DNA of 38,383 nt from a virus, in IMG/VR virus record IMGVR_UViG_3300019468_000034. The stretch is one strand, 5' to 3'. This document shows, piece after piece, positions 7,693 to 17,483 of the stretch (the stretch's first letter is position 1; every line of letters starts with the position of its first letter). The translations under genes and the position numbers were made by a program. The notes under the pieces were generated by a model, which worked only from the letters and a program-made list of their open reading frames with translations, did no database searches and had not been told where the DNA came from.

Positions 7693-9127
7693 AGACGAAG
7701 CATACAAGCTTATGGACTGCCTGGGCCGCTTAACTCACGATCCGGTAGCCTGGGTATATTTTGCGTTCGACTGGGATAACGACCCGGAATTAAAAGGCCA
7801 AAAGCCGCAAAAATGGCAGCTGGAACAGCTAGAAAGAATTGCCAAAGGATTGGAAACTCCGGACACGGTAATTCGTCAAGCCGTATCATCAGGCCACGGC
7901 ATAGGAAAAAGTACGACCGTAGCCTGGCTTATTCTATGGGCTATTTCAACTCATCCGGACACAAGAGGCGTCGTAACCGCCAACACCGAAGCTCAATTAA
8001 GAACCAAAACCTGGGCAGAACTTGCTAAATGGCACAGAAAGTTCATCGGTAAAGAGCTATTCACCTACACGGCAACGGCGATATTTTCCATTGAAGCGGA
8101 GCATGAAAGAACCTGGAGAATTGACGCCATTCCCTGGTCCGTCACAAACACCGAAGCATTTGCCGGCCTTCATAACCAAGGAAGGCGAATTCTCATCATA
8201 TTCGATGAAGCCTCCGCTATAGACGATCGCATCTGGGAAGTCGCTGAAGGCGCCCTAACAGATAAGAATACCGAAATTATTTGGTGCTGCTACGGTAACC
8301 CTACAAGAAACGTAGGACGGTTCCATGCTTGTTTCACCAAATATAGAAACTACTGGGACACCAGGAAGATAGACTCTAGGGACGTAGCCATTTCTAACAA
8401 AGCCCAAATCGAACAGTGGAAAAACCAATACGGCGAAGATTCGGACTTTTTTAAAGTCCGTGTACGCGGTGAATTTCCGTCGTCTTCTGACGCTCAATAT
8501 ATCGGAGTAGATATAGTGGAAGCGGCCACAAAAAGAACACTCCGGCCGGCTGAATATAACTTTGCACCCGTTATTATTGGAGTAGACCCGGCATGGACGG
8601 GAAGCGACCAATTCGTAATTATCATGCGCCAAGGCCTTTACAGCGAAGTCTTAGGCGAATACCAGAAAAATGACAACGACGGAGCTATGGCAGCTATATT
8701 AGCAGGATTCGAAGATGAATATAAAGCGGATGCGATCTTTATCGACCAAGGCTACGGGACAGGGCTTTATTCGTTCGGCGTAACCATGGGAAGAAACTGG
8801 AAGCTGGTTGCTTTTGGCGGAAAGTCCGGAACAAAAGGATTTGCTAATAAACGCGCTGAAATATGGGGGAAAATGAAGGATTGGCTTATAAACGGCGGCG
8901 TGTTGCCGGATGACGACGTTTTAAGAGATGACCTCATAGGTCCCGAAGCATCCGTCAATGAAAAAGGTGAAATCATATTGGAAAGTAAAGACCATATGAA
9001 AGCCCGTGGCGTACCGTCGCCAAATAAAGCAGACGCCCTGGCCTTAACATTTTCGCTGCCGGTGTTAAAAAGCCAAAAGCAGCGACAGGCAGCACAAACA
9101 AAATACAATCCGTTTAGAAAGGGGTAA
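7685..9127 (+). CDS. terL: terminase large subunit (ATPase and nuclease)
   Basis: Walker A GHGIGKST and Walker B ILIIFDEASAI. GTG start overlaps the terS end. 480 aa. Confidence 0.9.
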   Translation: MNKDEAYKLMDCLGRLTHDPVAWVYFAFDWDNDPELKGQKPQKWQLEQLERIAKGLETPDTVIRQAVSSGHGIGKSTTVAWLILWAISTHPDTRGVVTANTEAQLRTKTWAELAKWHRKFIGKELFTYTATAIFSIEAEHERTWRIDAIPWSVTNTEAFAGLHNQGRRILIIFDEASAIDDRIWEVAEGALTDKNTEIIWCCYGNPTRNVGRFHACFTKYRNYWDTRKIDSRDVAISNKAQIEQWKNQYGEDSDFFKVRVRGEFPSSSDAQYIGVDIVEAATKRTLRPAEYNFAPVIIGVDPAWTGSDQFVIIMRQGLYSEVLGEYQKNDNDGAMAAILAGFEDEYKADAIFIDQGYGTGLYSFGVTMGRNWKLVAFGGKSGTKGFANKRAEIWGKMKDWLINGGVLPDDDVLRDDLIGPEASVNEKGEIILESKDHMKARGVPSPNKADALALTFSLPVLKSQKQRQAAQTKYNPFRKG

Positions 9128-9133
9128 TACCGA

Positions 9134-9337
9134 ATGTGTGGATTAAAAGGACTGTTCGGAAGTAGTTCATCTCCCGAATTTAAAACGCCGGATCCTACGG
9201 TGCAGGCCGTAAATAACGGCGACCAAGGAACAGCCGATAGCGTTGAAAAACAGCGTAAAAAACGCGGTTTCCAAAGTACGCGCACAGCTGTAGATACGGC
9301 ATTAGGAACAACAAATGGCAAAAACACGCTGGGATAA
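9134..9337 (+). CDS. hypothetical small protein between terminase and portal
   Basis: AAAGGGG RBS. Confidence 0.4.
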   Translation: MCGLKGLFGSSSSPEFKTPDPTVQAVNNGDQGTADSVEKQRKKRGFQSTRTAVDTALGTTNGKNTLG

Positions 9338-9347
9338 GGAGAAAAAT

Positions 9348-11084
9348 ATGCGTAAAGAAGTAGAAACGGCATTAGCTAGAAGCCCGACGAAAAATAAAAA
9401 GACGGTAAAACCGAACACGTGTAAAGATAAAAGAAAACTCGTGCAACGCTTTAACGCCTTGTTTCAAGCTCGTAGGCCCTGGGAAAGGGTATGGAAGTTA
9501 ATCCGTGATTATGAACTTCCCTATGACGGCTTATTCGACGACGACACGGCAGGAAAACCCGTCATACACGATGAAGAAATCTTTACAGGCGTTATTCAAG
9601 AAGCCCGCGATACCTTTGCAGCAGGCGTCCAATCGGGGCTCACACCGCCGTCTAGGCGTTGGTTTAGGTTTGGTATTGGAAATAAAGACCTGGCCGACGA
9701 CACAGGCGTACAGCGGTTCCTAGATACAAGAGCCGATATTATGGAATCGGTCCTTTCGGGCTCAAACTTCTACAATGCCATTCATCAGTGCTACTCGGAA
9801 CTTCCCTTTGGCCAAGCGGCTTTAGGGATTTTTTCACAAGGCGGCACGGTGACATTTGTTCCGTACACCATAGGTACCTATGCCCTGGCGTGTGACGCGA
9901 CAGGGAGAGTCTCAACCTTTGCTAGAAGAGCCAAAATGACCGTAAACCAAATCGTAAAGCAATTTGGATATGACAATTGCCCGATGACCGTTAAGCAGTC
10001 ATACGATAACGGAAGCGGCCACCAAAACTACCATACGGTATGCTGGCTAGTCGAAAAAAACGAGGATAACGACCCAAACAAGCTTAATAACAAAAAGATG
10101 CCGTTTACATCGACATACTGGGTAGAAGACTCAAACGAAGATGAATGCCTGGCGGTTACGGGCTTTGAAGAATGGCCCGTACCCATTGCCCGTTATACCG
10201 TAAAAGGAACAGAAGCCTACGCAACAGGTCCTGGCTGGAACGCTTTGCCGGACGCCAAGATGCTACAACAAATGGAACTTGACGCCATTACGGCCATTGA
10301 AATGGGGGTTAAACCTCCCTTGCAGGTCCCGCCGTCACAAGTGGGGAATATAAACCTCTTCCCCGGAGGTACAACGGCCATAAATGATCCGAATGAAGTT
10401 ATTCGTCCTATCTTCCAAGGACAATTAGCAATCGGAGAACTTGAAGGAAAAATCAAACGTGTGGAAGATAGAGTAAAACGCACGTATTCATCAGACCTCT
10501 TCTTAATGTTAGACCAACTGGATAAAGGCCGCATGACGGCCCAGGAAGTAATGGCAAGAAACCAGGAAAAATTGCAGCAACTAGGACCCGTGGTAGAACG
10601 CCTTCAATACGAGTTCTTAAACCGAATCCTTGAAAGGGTCTACAACATCTTAGATAGAAGCGGTATTTTCCCGGATATCCCGGAAGAGCTGCAAGACATT
10701 GTAGGCGAAGAGTTTAGGATCGAATACATCTCACCGCTTGCCCAAGCTCAAAAGATGAGTGGTCTTACATCGATTGAACAAGGCATCGGCTTTATCGGAC
10801 AAGCCGCACAATTCGACCAGACGGTCCTCGATAAGGTTAACCTTACAGAAGCGGTTGCTAACTACTTAGCACAAGTAGGCGTGCCGGCAGCTATGATCCG
10901 TTCAGATGAAGAAGTTGAGGAAATCCAAAAACAGCGTCAAGAAGCCCAAGCCGCAGCAGAAGCCCAAGCACAGCAACAAGCAGCTATTGCACAAGCTCCT
11001 GACCTTGCAGCCGCTGCTAAAAACGCAACAGAAGCGGCAAATGACGGCAATCCCGCTATGCAAGAATGGCTGGGAATGAGGTAA
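9348..11084 (+). CDS. portal (head-to-tail connector) protein, T7 gp8-like, with an A/Q-rich C-terminus
   Basis: TAAGGAGA lies 7 nt upstream of ATG 9348. Size, position and low-complexity QEAQAAAEAQAQQQAAIAQ tail resemble T7 gp8. Confidence 0.75.
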   Translation: MRKEVETALARSPTKNKKTVKPNTCKDKRKLVQRFNALFQARRPWERVWKLIRDYELPYDGLFDDDTAGKPVIHDEEIFTGVIQEARDTFAAGVQSGLTPPSRRWFRFGIGNKDLADDTGVQRFLDTRADIMESVLSGSNFYNAIHQCYSELPFGQAALGIFSQGGTVTFVPYTIGTYALACDATGRVSTFARRAKMTVNQIVKQFGYDNCPMTVKQSYDNGSGHQNYHTVCWLVEKNEDNDPNKLNNKKMPFTSTYWVEDSNEDECLAVTGFEEWPVPIARYTVKGTEAYATGPGWNALPDAKMLQQMELDAITAIEMGVKPPLQVPPSQVGNINLFPGGTTAINDPNEVIRPIFQGQLAIGELEGKIKRVEDRVKRTYSSDLFLMLDQLDKGRMTAQEVMARNQEKLQQLGPVVERLQYEFLNRILERVYNILDRSGIFPDIPEELQDIVGEEFRIEYISPLAQAQKMSGLTSIEQGIGFIGQAAQFDQTVLDKVNLTEAVANYLAQVGVPAAMIRSDEEVEEIQKQRQEAQAAAEAQAQQQAAIAQAPDLAAAAKNATEAANDGNPAMQEWLGMR

Positions 11085-11086
11085 AA

Positions 11087-11407
11087 ATGCACGAAAAAGA
11101 ACGAAAGACCGCACAACTTATGGAAGAAACCATACGAAGCCAAGACATGGAAGCCTTACGGTACGTTATGGAAAGTCCGTTAGGACGACATTTTATGGCT
11201 CGCCTTTTGGACGCAACAAGAATCTATAGCCCGCTATCGAACGAAACCACACTCTTAGACGAAGGACGAAGGCGTGTAGGCCTTGAATACTTAAAGCTCA
11301 TTCAATCCATGGGCCTTGAAGGAATGAAACTACTTCACCAAATGGAAGAAGAATACGCCGAAAAAAGAATTGAACTTGAAAGGATGAAAACAACATGGAC
11401 CAATTGA
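11087..11407 (+). CDS. hypothetical protein
   Basis: GAGGT upstream of ATG 11087. Confidence 0.45.
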   Translation: MHEKERKTAQLMEETIRSQDMEALRYVMESPLGRHFMARLLDATRIYSPLSNETTLLDEGRRRVGLEYLKLIQSMGLEGMKLLHQMEEEYAEKRIELERMKTTWTN

Positions 11408-12060
11408 AATTAAAATTTGACCTGCAACGATTCGCCGAAGGCCCGGAAAGCCAAGAGGCCGAAGGAACACAAGAACAAGCGACTGATACGAGCGCTAACC
11501 AAGAAGGTAGCGACTCATTTATCGGTAAGGAAACCCAGACCGCCTTAGGTGGTGACGGCGAAAGCACTGCTCCGCAAGTGCCGGAATCGTACGACTTTAC
11601 GACCGTATTAAAAGAAGCGGGCCTTGAAGCGGACGAAAAAATCACCGAAGAATTTACAACGCTCTTAAAGGGCATGGGTGCAACGCAAGAACAGGCAGCC
11701 GGCATGGCAACGTACGGCATTCAGTATGCCCAAGGCGTAGCCGAAGCGGTCGCCAAAAACCTCCAGGAACAATATGTAAGCGAAGTAAAGTCCTGGGGTG
11801 ATGCGGCAAAAGAAGAATTAGGCGGGGCTTATCAAGAAACGCTCGGCAAGGCCGCAATTACAAGAGATTACATTGAACAAAAGATTCCCGGCTTTACACA
11901 GATGTTAAATCTGACAGGGGCCGGCAATCATATAGCTATGATAAAAACCATGGCAGCCTTTGCCGATTTAATCGGTGAAGACCCCGGCAAGATGGGTGGC
12001 GCAGGTACCGCCGCAACCAGTACCGATATGTATCCTCATACGGATTTTTCAAAGTATTAA
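11395..12060 (+). CDS. scaffolding protein (acidic, between portal and capsid)
   Basis: Highly acidic and E/A/Q-rich; in the position of T7 gp9. Confidence 0.55.
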   Translation: MDQLKLKFDLQRFAEGPESQEAEGTQEQATDTSANQEGSDSFIGKETQTALGGDGESTAPQVPESYDFTTVLKEAGLEADEKITEEFTTLLKGMGATQEQAAGMATYGIQYAQGVAEAVAKNLQEQYVSEVKSWGDAAKEELGGAYQETLGKAAITRDYIEQKIPGFTQMLNLTGAGNHIAMIKTMAAFADLIGEDPGKMGGAGTAATSTDMYPHTDFSKY

Positions 12061-12081
12061 TTTTAAAGGAGAACAAAAAAT

Positions 12082-13080
12082 ATGATTGGAAGCACAGCAT
12101 TAACTTTCTCGGATTTAAGAAAGCGCTTAAATCCCCAGGGCCAATTGGACACGATTATGGAAGTCATGGCCCAGAGCAACCCTATTATGGAAGATATTCC
12201 CTGGATGGAAGGAAACCTTCCCACAGGCAACCAAACAACCGTACGCACGTCATACCCTCATCCGGAATTACGGCGCATTAATGCCGGCGTAAAGCCCGGA
12301 AAATCGACGACAAAGCAAATCATCGACACGTGCTGCTTAATGGAAGCACGCTCGGAAGTCGATGTGAAGCTCGTAAAACTGGCCCCGGATAAACAAGCCT
12401 TCCGCATGTCCGAAGACAAAGCCTATGTCCAGGGCTTTACGGATGATCTCGCTAAGTACATGTTCTACGGCGACACCGACGCAAACCCGGACCAGTTTAA
12501 CGGGTTAAGCATCCGCTACAACACGTTTAAAGGCGACCTCGGCGAAGAAGGCTACCAAGTCGTAAACGCCGGTGGTAAGACAGCCAATAAACAAACCTCC
12601 GCATACATCGTAGACTGGGGCGAAGATGCGGTTGTGGGCATTTATCCGAAAGGCTCTAAAGCAGGCCTTGATATCCAGGACCTCGGAGAAATCGACGCCA
12701 TCGATGCAAACGGCGGTAAATACCGGGCCCTTGCAACACTGTTCGATTGGGATGCGGGACTCGCAGTAAAGAACATCCGTAAAGTTGCAGCCGTCCGCAA
12801 CATCGATTGCAAGGCAGCAGCCGAAGACACAACCTCTGATGCACGCAAGGCATTAGCCGAAAGAATTGTAGTCGCCAAAAACAAAATCATAAACCCGAAA
12901 CGCCCGATTCTGTATGTATCGCCTATGGCATACACAATGCTCGAACTGCATATCGCAGATAAAAACAATGTATATGTAACGCAACAGCAACTCATGCAGG
13001 GTGTTCCGACGCTCTATGTATCGGGCCTTATTGTTAAGAAAAACGACGCATTAACAGAAACTGAACCCGTTATCGCCTAG
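12082..13080 (+). CDS. major capsid protein
   Basis: AAAGGAGAA RBS; 332 aa; follows the scaffold as T7 gp10 does. Confidence 0.7.
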   Translation: MIGSTALTFSDLRKRLNPQGQLDTIMEVMAQSNPIMEDIPWMEGNLPTGNQTTVRTSYPHPELRRINAGVKPGKSTTKQIIDTCCLMEARSEVDVKLVKLAPDKQAFRMSEDKAYVQGFTDDLAKYMFYGDTDANPDQFNGLSIRYNTFKGDLGEEGYQVVNAGGKTANKQTSAYIVDWGEDAVVGIYPKGSKAGLDIQDLGEIDAIDANGGKYRALATLFDWDAGLAVKNIRKVAAVRNIDCKAAAEDTTSDARKALAERIVVAKNKIINPKRPILYVSPMAYTMLELHIADKNNVYVTQQQLMQGVPTLYVSGLIVKKNDALTETEPVIA

Positions 13081-13092
13081 AAAGGAGAAACT

Positions 13093-13443
13093 ATGATATA
13101 CGATGCAGAAAATACGTTCTTCTGGAACGTGAAATTATCCGGTACGTCCGGTACAGGCGAAGTTATTAAAACAGGTAAAGGTGACGCAGGAAGTCCCTTA
13201 ACCTTAGTTGTTAAATTACCCGGCGCCTCGGCAGATTGCACGGTAACGCTTGAAACAGCGGACAACGATAAGATGACAGGGGCTAAAACCTTAGGTACGT
13301 ATACGGCTGAAAAGGGTAAAACCTTAGCTGTTAAGGTACCTTACGGTGACCTCGGCTACCTCCGCTTAAAATGGACGGCAGCCGCAGCTCAATCGGCGGG
13401 CACCATTTCGGCGTCACTTGTAATGGATGCAGACGTACGATAA
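13093..13443 (+). CDS. capsid-associated protein (possible decoration or minor capsid protein)
   Basis: AAAGGAGAA RBS; predicted beta-rich, 116 aa. Confidence 0.5.
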   Translation: MIYDAENTFFWNVKLSGTSGTGEVIKTGKGDAGSPLTLVVKLPGASADCTVTLETADNDKMTGAKTLGTYTAEKGKTLAVKVPYGDLGYLRLKWTAAAAQSAGTISASLVMDADVR

Positions 13444-13600
13444 GCCGGGGATCCCTTTTAAGGATTGCCATAAAGGAAGAAGTTTAAATCAGTTACACGC
13501 AAACGAGTTACGAGCTAAGCTAATTCAAGCCGGTATTGAATACACCGGCAACGAAACCAAAGAGGAACTTGTAAACCTCATTAAAAAACACAAGTTATAA
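13427..13600 (+). CDS. +1-frame ORF carrying a HeH/SAP (Rho_N-like) motif; independent small gene or frameshift extension of 13093..13443
   Basis: SLNQLHANELRAKLIQAGIEYTGNETKEELVNLIKKHKL. No RBS before ATG 13427. Confidence 0.3.
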   Translation: MQTYDKPGIPFKDCHKGRSLNQLHANELRAKLIQAGIEYTGNETKEELVNLIKKHKL

Positions 13601-13607
13601 AGGAAAA

Positions 13608-13638
13608 GGGGACGGTGTTACCGTCCCCGACTTTATTT
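13608..13638 (+). terminator. rho-independent terminator after the capsid module (analogous in position to T7 Tphi)
   Basis: GGGGACGG-TGTTA-CCGTCCCC followed by GACTTTATTT. Confidence 0.6.
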
Positions 13639-13652
13639 AAAAAGGAGAAACC

Positions 13653-14243
13653 ATGACAGACACGGATATTTGCAACATGGCGCTATCGGATTTAGGAAAA
13701 GGCACCATTACCTCAATGAACGATAAAGAAGAAAACGCAAGGGCTTGTAAGCTCTATTACGACCAAACAAGAGAAACGGTACTCCGGGCGTATCCGTGGA
13801 GTTTTGCTCATAGAATTGAAAAGTTAGCCCTTCTTGATAAAGAAGTACCCGGATATGATTTTTGTTACGCATATCCGAAGAATTGCTTAAAAATTAATAA
13901 CATTCGAAATAAACAGATAAACGTACAAGAACACGTCCCGTACGTTATCGTAAATATAGATACAGCCACAAAGGCCATTGCTTGTAATTTACAAGACGCT
14001 TACACCGACTACACTGTGGACGAAAAAGACGTACAGGTTATGGATACCTTGTTTATAAGCGCCTTTACACGTCTACTTGCAGCCAATATGGCTATGCGCC
14101 TTACGGGAAATCCGCAAGCTTATCAAATGCAATATCAGTTATTCCAGGCTATTATTCACGACGCACAATTAAACGACGCAAGAGAAGGCCAAAGGGATGC
14201 GGTATATCATAGTAATTACGCCAACACTCGGAGGGTACGATGA
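13653..14243 (+). CDS. tail tubular protein A (T7 gp11-like adaptor)
   Basis: 196 aa, the same length as T7 gp11. N-terminal pattern ALSDLGKGTITSM...ENARAC...RAYPWSF parallels gp11 ILASIGEPPVSTL...ANARRI...QSRGWTF. Confidence 0.7.
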   Translation: MTDTDICNMALSDLGKGTITSMNDKEENARACKLYYDQTRETVLRAYPWSFAHRIEKLALLDKEVPGYDFCYAYPKNCLKINNIRNKQINVQEHVPYVIVNIDTATKAIACNLQDAYTDYTVDEKDVQVMDTLFISAFTRLLAANMAMRLTGNPQAYQMQYQLFQAIIHDAQLNDAREGQRDAVYHSNYANTRRVR

Positions 14244-17044
14244 ACATATATCTCATACAACCGTCGTTTGCAGCCGGCGAAATATCGCCGTACGTCGCAA
14301 ACCGTGTGGATTTAGATAAATACAAATCAGCCCTTCTAACAGCCCAAAACCTCGCCATTCGTCCGTTCGGCGGGTGCTATCGTAGACAAGGCTCGGAATT
14401 TATAGGACAGGTTAAATACGACGATAGGCCGACAGCCCTTGTCGCCTTTAATGCCGGAATAGATGATGCCTATCTATTAGAAGTAGGCTATCGGTATATC
14501 CGTATCTGGGAAGACGGGAAATACACGGAAACAGAGTTATCCACACCGTACGATAATGTGGATAACTTACAATTCACCCAATCCGCCGATACTATGTTTA
14601 TTTGTTCCGGAAATTATCCGATCCAATGCCTTCAAAGAACGGCTATGGGCTGGGCGTTTAAAGAGTACGAGATAACAGAACCTTATTACGATTCAGCGAC
14701 ACAAGCGGCAAATAAAGAAACGTCGTTTGTAGCACCTGGAACATACACTTTTACGCCGCAAGTAACGGGTAAATACACCGTAGAAATCATAGGGGCCGGT
14801 GGAGGTGGTGCCGGCACTGGAGTACAACATTACTCATATACACATGGGGGCGATGGACAAGAAGGCCAAGGGACCATAGAATTACAAGGCGGGAATGGTG
14901 GATCCGGCGAAAAGAAAATAACAATAGACACGCTAACCGCAGGACAAACATATTCCGTAACAGTAGGCGCTGGCGGAAAAGGCGGCAAATCCCAATATTC
15001 CCGGCGAGGCGACGCACACCCGACAGACGGAACGGGCGGAGGAAAATCATCCTTTAATAACACCGAAGCCAAAGGTGGCGGCGGTGGAATTGCAAGTAAG
15101 CCCAATGGAAAAAACCAAAGAATAGAAGGAAAAGACGGAATCTCGCATCAAGGAGGAGCCAAAGGCGGTGCTGCCGGCATATGTAAAGATGTTCAAAAGA
15201 ATCCCTCCCAAATAACAGACGGGAAAGACGGCCAAAATGGATACGTAAGAATCACCTTCTCCGGAAACAACGAATTAAAGCCCTCGACCACATCGGGTAA
15301 TGACGTTACCATTACGGCCACGAAAGACACGTTCACGCCGGGCATGGTGAACAGTCACATAAAATTAACCCAGCAAGCTGAAAACCAATCAGAACAAATT
15401 GAAATACAGGCCTCTTCCATTACAGAAGAAACCAAGTCTATACGAGTGGGAAAGGCCTGGAAGATTACAACTCACGGCACATGGAAGGGTAAGGTCACCG
15501 TTTATCACTCGGACGATAATAAGACCTGGCAAGAATATAGAAGCTATAAGTCAAACAACGACCAGAACTTCACAGAATCAGGGACCGTAACAACACCTAC
15601 CTGGATGAAAGCAGTAGCTGTAACGGATGCGGATAACGGAAGCGGCAAACTTACCGTAGACTTTTCCAGAAATCCCTATTCAAACGACGGCACCGCTAAA
15701 ATTACAGAAGTCGTTTCATCGACGGAAGTTAAAGCCTCGGTTATTACCGATTTTGCTAACACCGACAAAACCCAGGTATACGCACTAAGTAGCTGGAACG
15801 ACGATAACGGATATCCTAAAATGGCGTGCTTTTTCCAAGATAGATTAGTCTTAGCAGCCACAAAAAAAGAGCCCTACTCTATATGGATGAGTAGAACAGG
15901 GGATTATCCGAACTTTGGAATCGAAAAAGTAGACGGAGGAGTAACGGACGACTCGGCTATTAAAGCAGACCTTATCACTCGTAACGGCTTTGAGATTTTG
16001 CACCTGGTGCCGGCAAAAGACCTGGTTATATTAACAACAGGTAACGAATGGATTATAGAAGGCGCAAGCGTCATCACACCGGCTAAAATTAATCCCAGGC
16101 CGCAAACCATGCGCGGATCTAATTCATGCCCTCCGCAGCACATCGGTAATCGTATAGTACATGTACAGCGAAGTGGAAAGACCGTAAGAGACCTTGGCTA
16201 TCAATATGATGCGGATAATTATAACGGCGACAACTTAACGCTTTTGGCGACGCATTTAACAGAAGGCCATAAGCTGGTATCCTCGGCATACATTCAAGAG
16301 CCCAATAGCACCTTGTATTACGTCCGTGACGACGGAGCGCTGCTTTCACTGGCCTTTATTAAAGAGCAAAATGTATTTGCCTGGTCGCATCAAAAGACAG
16401 ACGGTAAATACAAAAAGGTAGCGTCCATTCCCAACGGCTCAAACGACGTGTTATACGTAACCGTAGAAAGAAACGGTAAAACCTATATAGAACGGTTTAA
16501 TCCCGATATAGAGGCGGCCGTATACATGGATTCGTACATTATAGGAAGCGGTAGTAGCATAGAAATACCACACCTTATAGGAAAAACGGTACAAGTCTTG
16601 GCCGACGGAACAAGGATGCAAGATGCGGTAGTACCAGAAAATGGCTTAGTGGCCTTTGGCCAGTCGTTTTCAGATATTACAATTGGCCTTGCCTACGAAA
16701 CAAGAATTAAGCAGCCGGGCCCTGATATAGGATTAAAAGAAGGCACTATGCAGGCTAGAATCTCAAAGATTAATACCGTCGTGTTAAGAGTAGAAAAATC
16801 CTACGGTGGCCATATCGGATACACATTTAAAGATAAGGATATGAACGAGCTCCGATACGAAGATTACGAAACGCTGGAAACAGGCGACATCGTGCAGCAA
16901 ATGCCGATAGCCGATATCGGCAGTAATACCAAAAACCATATCTGCATCAAGCACGACGAACCCTTCCCGTTTGAATTAAACGCAATCATAAGAGAGGTAA
17001 GTATTGATGGCGGCATTGTCAAAAGTTACAACGGAGAAATTTAA
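14240..17044 (+). CDS. tail tubular protein B / nozzle (gp12-like) with a roughly 160-aa glycine-rich insertion
   Basis: Position after the gp11-like gene, 934 aa, N-terminal AGEISPY...RRQG resembles the gp12 N-terminus. Gly-rich block at nt 14789..15270. Confidence 0.6.
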   Translation: MNIYLIQPSFAAGEISPYVANRVDLDKYKSALLTAQNLAIRPFGGCYRRQGSEFIGQVKYDDRPTALVAFNAGIDDAYLLEVGYRYIRIWEDGKYTETELSTPYDNVDNLQFTQSADTMFICSGNYPIQCLQRTAMGWAFKEYEITEPYYDSATQAANKETSFVAPGTYTFTPQVTGKYTVEIIGAGGGGAGTGVQHYSYTHGGDGQEGQGTIELQGGNGGSGEKKITIDTLTAGQTYSVTVGAGGKGGKSQYSRRGDAHPTDGTGGGKSSFNNTEAKGGGGGIASKPNGKNQRIEGKDGISHQGGAKGGAAGICKDVQKNPSQITDGKDGQNGYVRITFSGNNELKPSTTSGNDVTITATKDTFTPGMVNSHIKLTQQAENQSEQIEIQASSITEETKSIRVGKAWKITTHGTWKGKVTVYHSDDNKTWQEYRSYKSNNDQNFTESGTVTTPTWMKAVAVTDADNGSGKLTVDFSRNPYSNDGTAKITEVVSSTEVKASVITDFANTDKTQVYALSSWNDDNGYPKMACFFQDRLVLAATKKEPYSIWMSRTGDYPNFGIEKVDGGVTDDSAIKADLITRNGFEILHLVPAKDLVILTTGNEWIIEGASVITPAKINPRPQTMRGSNSCPPQHIGNRIVHVQRSGKTVRDLGYQYDADNYNGDNLTLLATHLTEGHKLVSSAYIQEPNSTLYYVRDDGALLSLAFIKEQNVFAWSHQKTDGKYKKVASIPNGSNDVLYVTVERNGKTYIERFNPDIEAAVYMDSYIIGSGSSIEIPHLIGKTVQVLADGTRMQDAVVPENGLVAFGQSFSDITIGLAYETRIKQPGPDIGLKEGTMQARISKINTVVLRVEKSYGGHIGYTFKDKDMNELRYEDYETLETGDIVQQMPIADIGSNTKNHICIKHDEPFPFELNAIIREVSIDGGIVKSYNGEI

Positions 17045-17483
17045 CAAGAAAGATAAAAAGCACCTCCAGGCCGTAAGGTACATAGAAGAACATTTACGGC
17101 CGATTGATAAAAAAGAACTACAAGGGGCTTGTACATCCGTTACCAAATGCGCCATACATGAATTTTGCGACAACTTTTTGGCGTTCGGCGAAAAGGGAGA
17201 ACCTATTGCCATATATGGGATCGTAAAATATCCGATAGACGGCCGTCACGCCGTGTGGATGGTAGGAACAACGGAAATCAAAAACTACAAAAAAGAATTA
17301 ATCACCATGGGATTTGAAGAAATCAGTAGATTCATCAAGGAATACGGACCTATAACAAACTATATAAGCATAGATAACAACGAATCACGGCGTTGGCTAC
17401 TAAAAGCCGGCGCCGGTTTTGGTACGCCGTTTAATGAAAACGGTATAACGTGGCAACAATTCGTAATAGGGAGGAATGAATAA
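17007..17483 (+). CDS. internal virion protein, gp13-position, hypothetical
   Basis: GAGGT lies 8 nt upstream of ATG 17007. Confidence 0.4.
   Translation: MAALSKVTTEKFNKKDKKHLQAVRYIEEHLRPIDKKELQGACTSVTKCAIHEFCDNFLAFGEKGEPIAIYGIVKYPIDGRHAVWMVGTTEIKNYKKELITMGFEEISRFIKEYGPITNYISIDNNESRRWLLKAGAGFGTPFNENGITWQQFVIGRNE

Noticed and set aside
7813-8632. Short ORFs in alternative frames within terL (7813..8028, 8022..8222, 8255..8632 on the - strand)
   Set aside because: They are embedded in the terminase large subunit, which has an intact Walker A/B reading frame. They are R/S-rich frame artefacts.
13841-13850. CTTGATA-like sequences (pC194-type Rep nick-site core) at 13843..13850 and about 24371
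   Set aside because: They lie inside structural genes and far from the Rep gene. A 7-mer is expected several times by chance in 38 kb, so they are not supported as an origin.
14787-15235. - strand ORFs (62-91 aa, P/G-rich) over the nozzle gene
   Set aside because: They are antisense to the glycine-rich GGN-codon block. Such open antisense frames arise from biased codon composition and are not genes.
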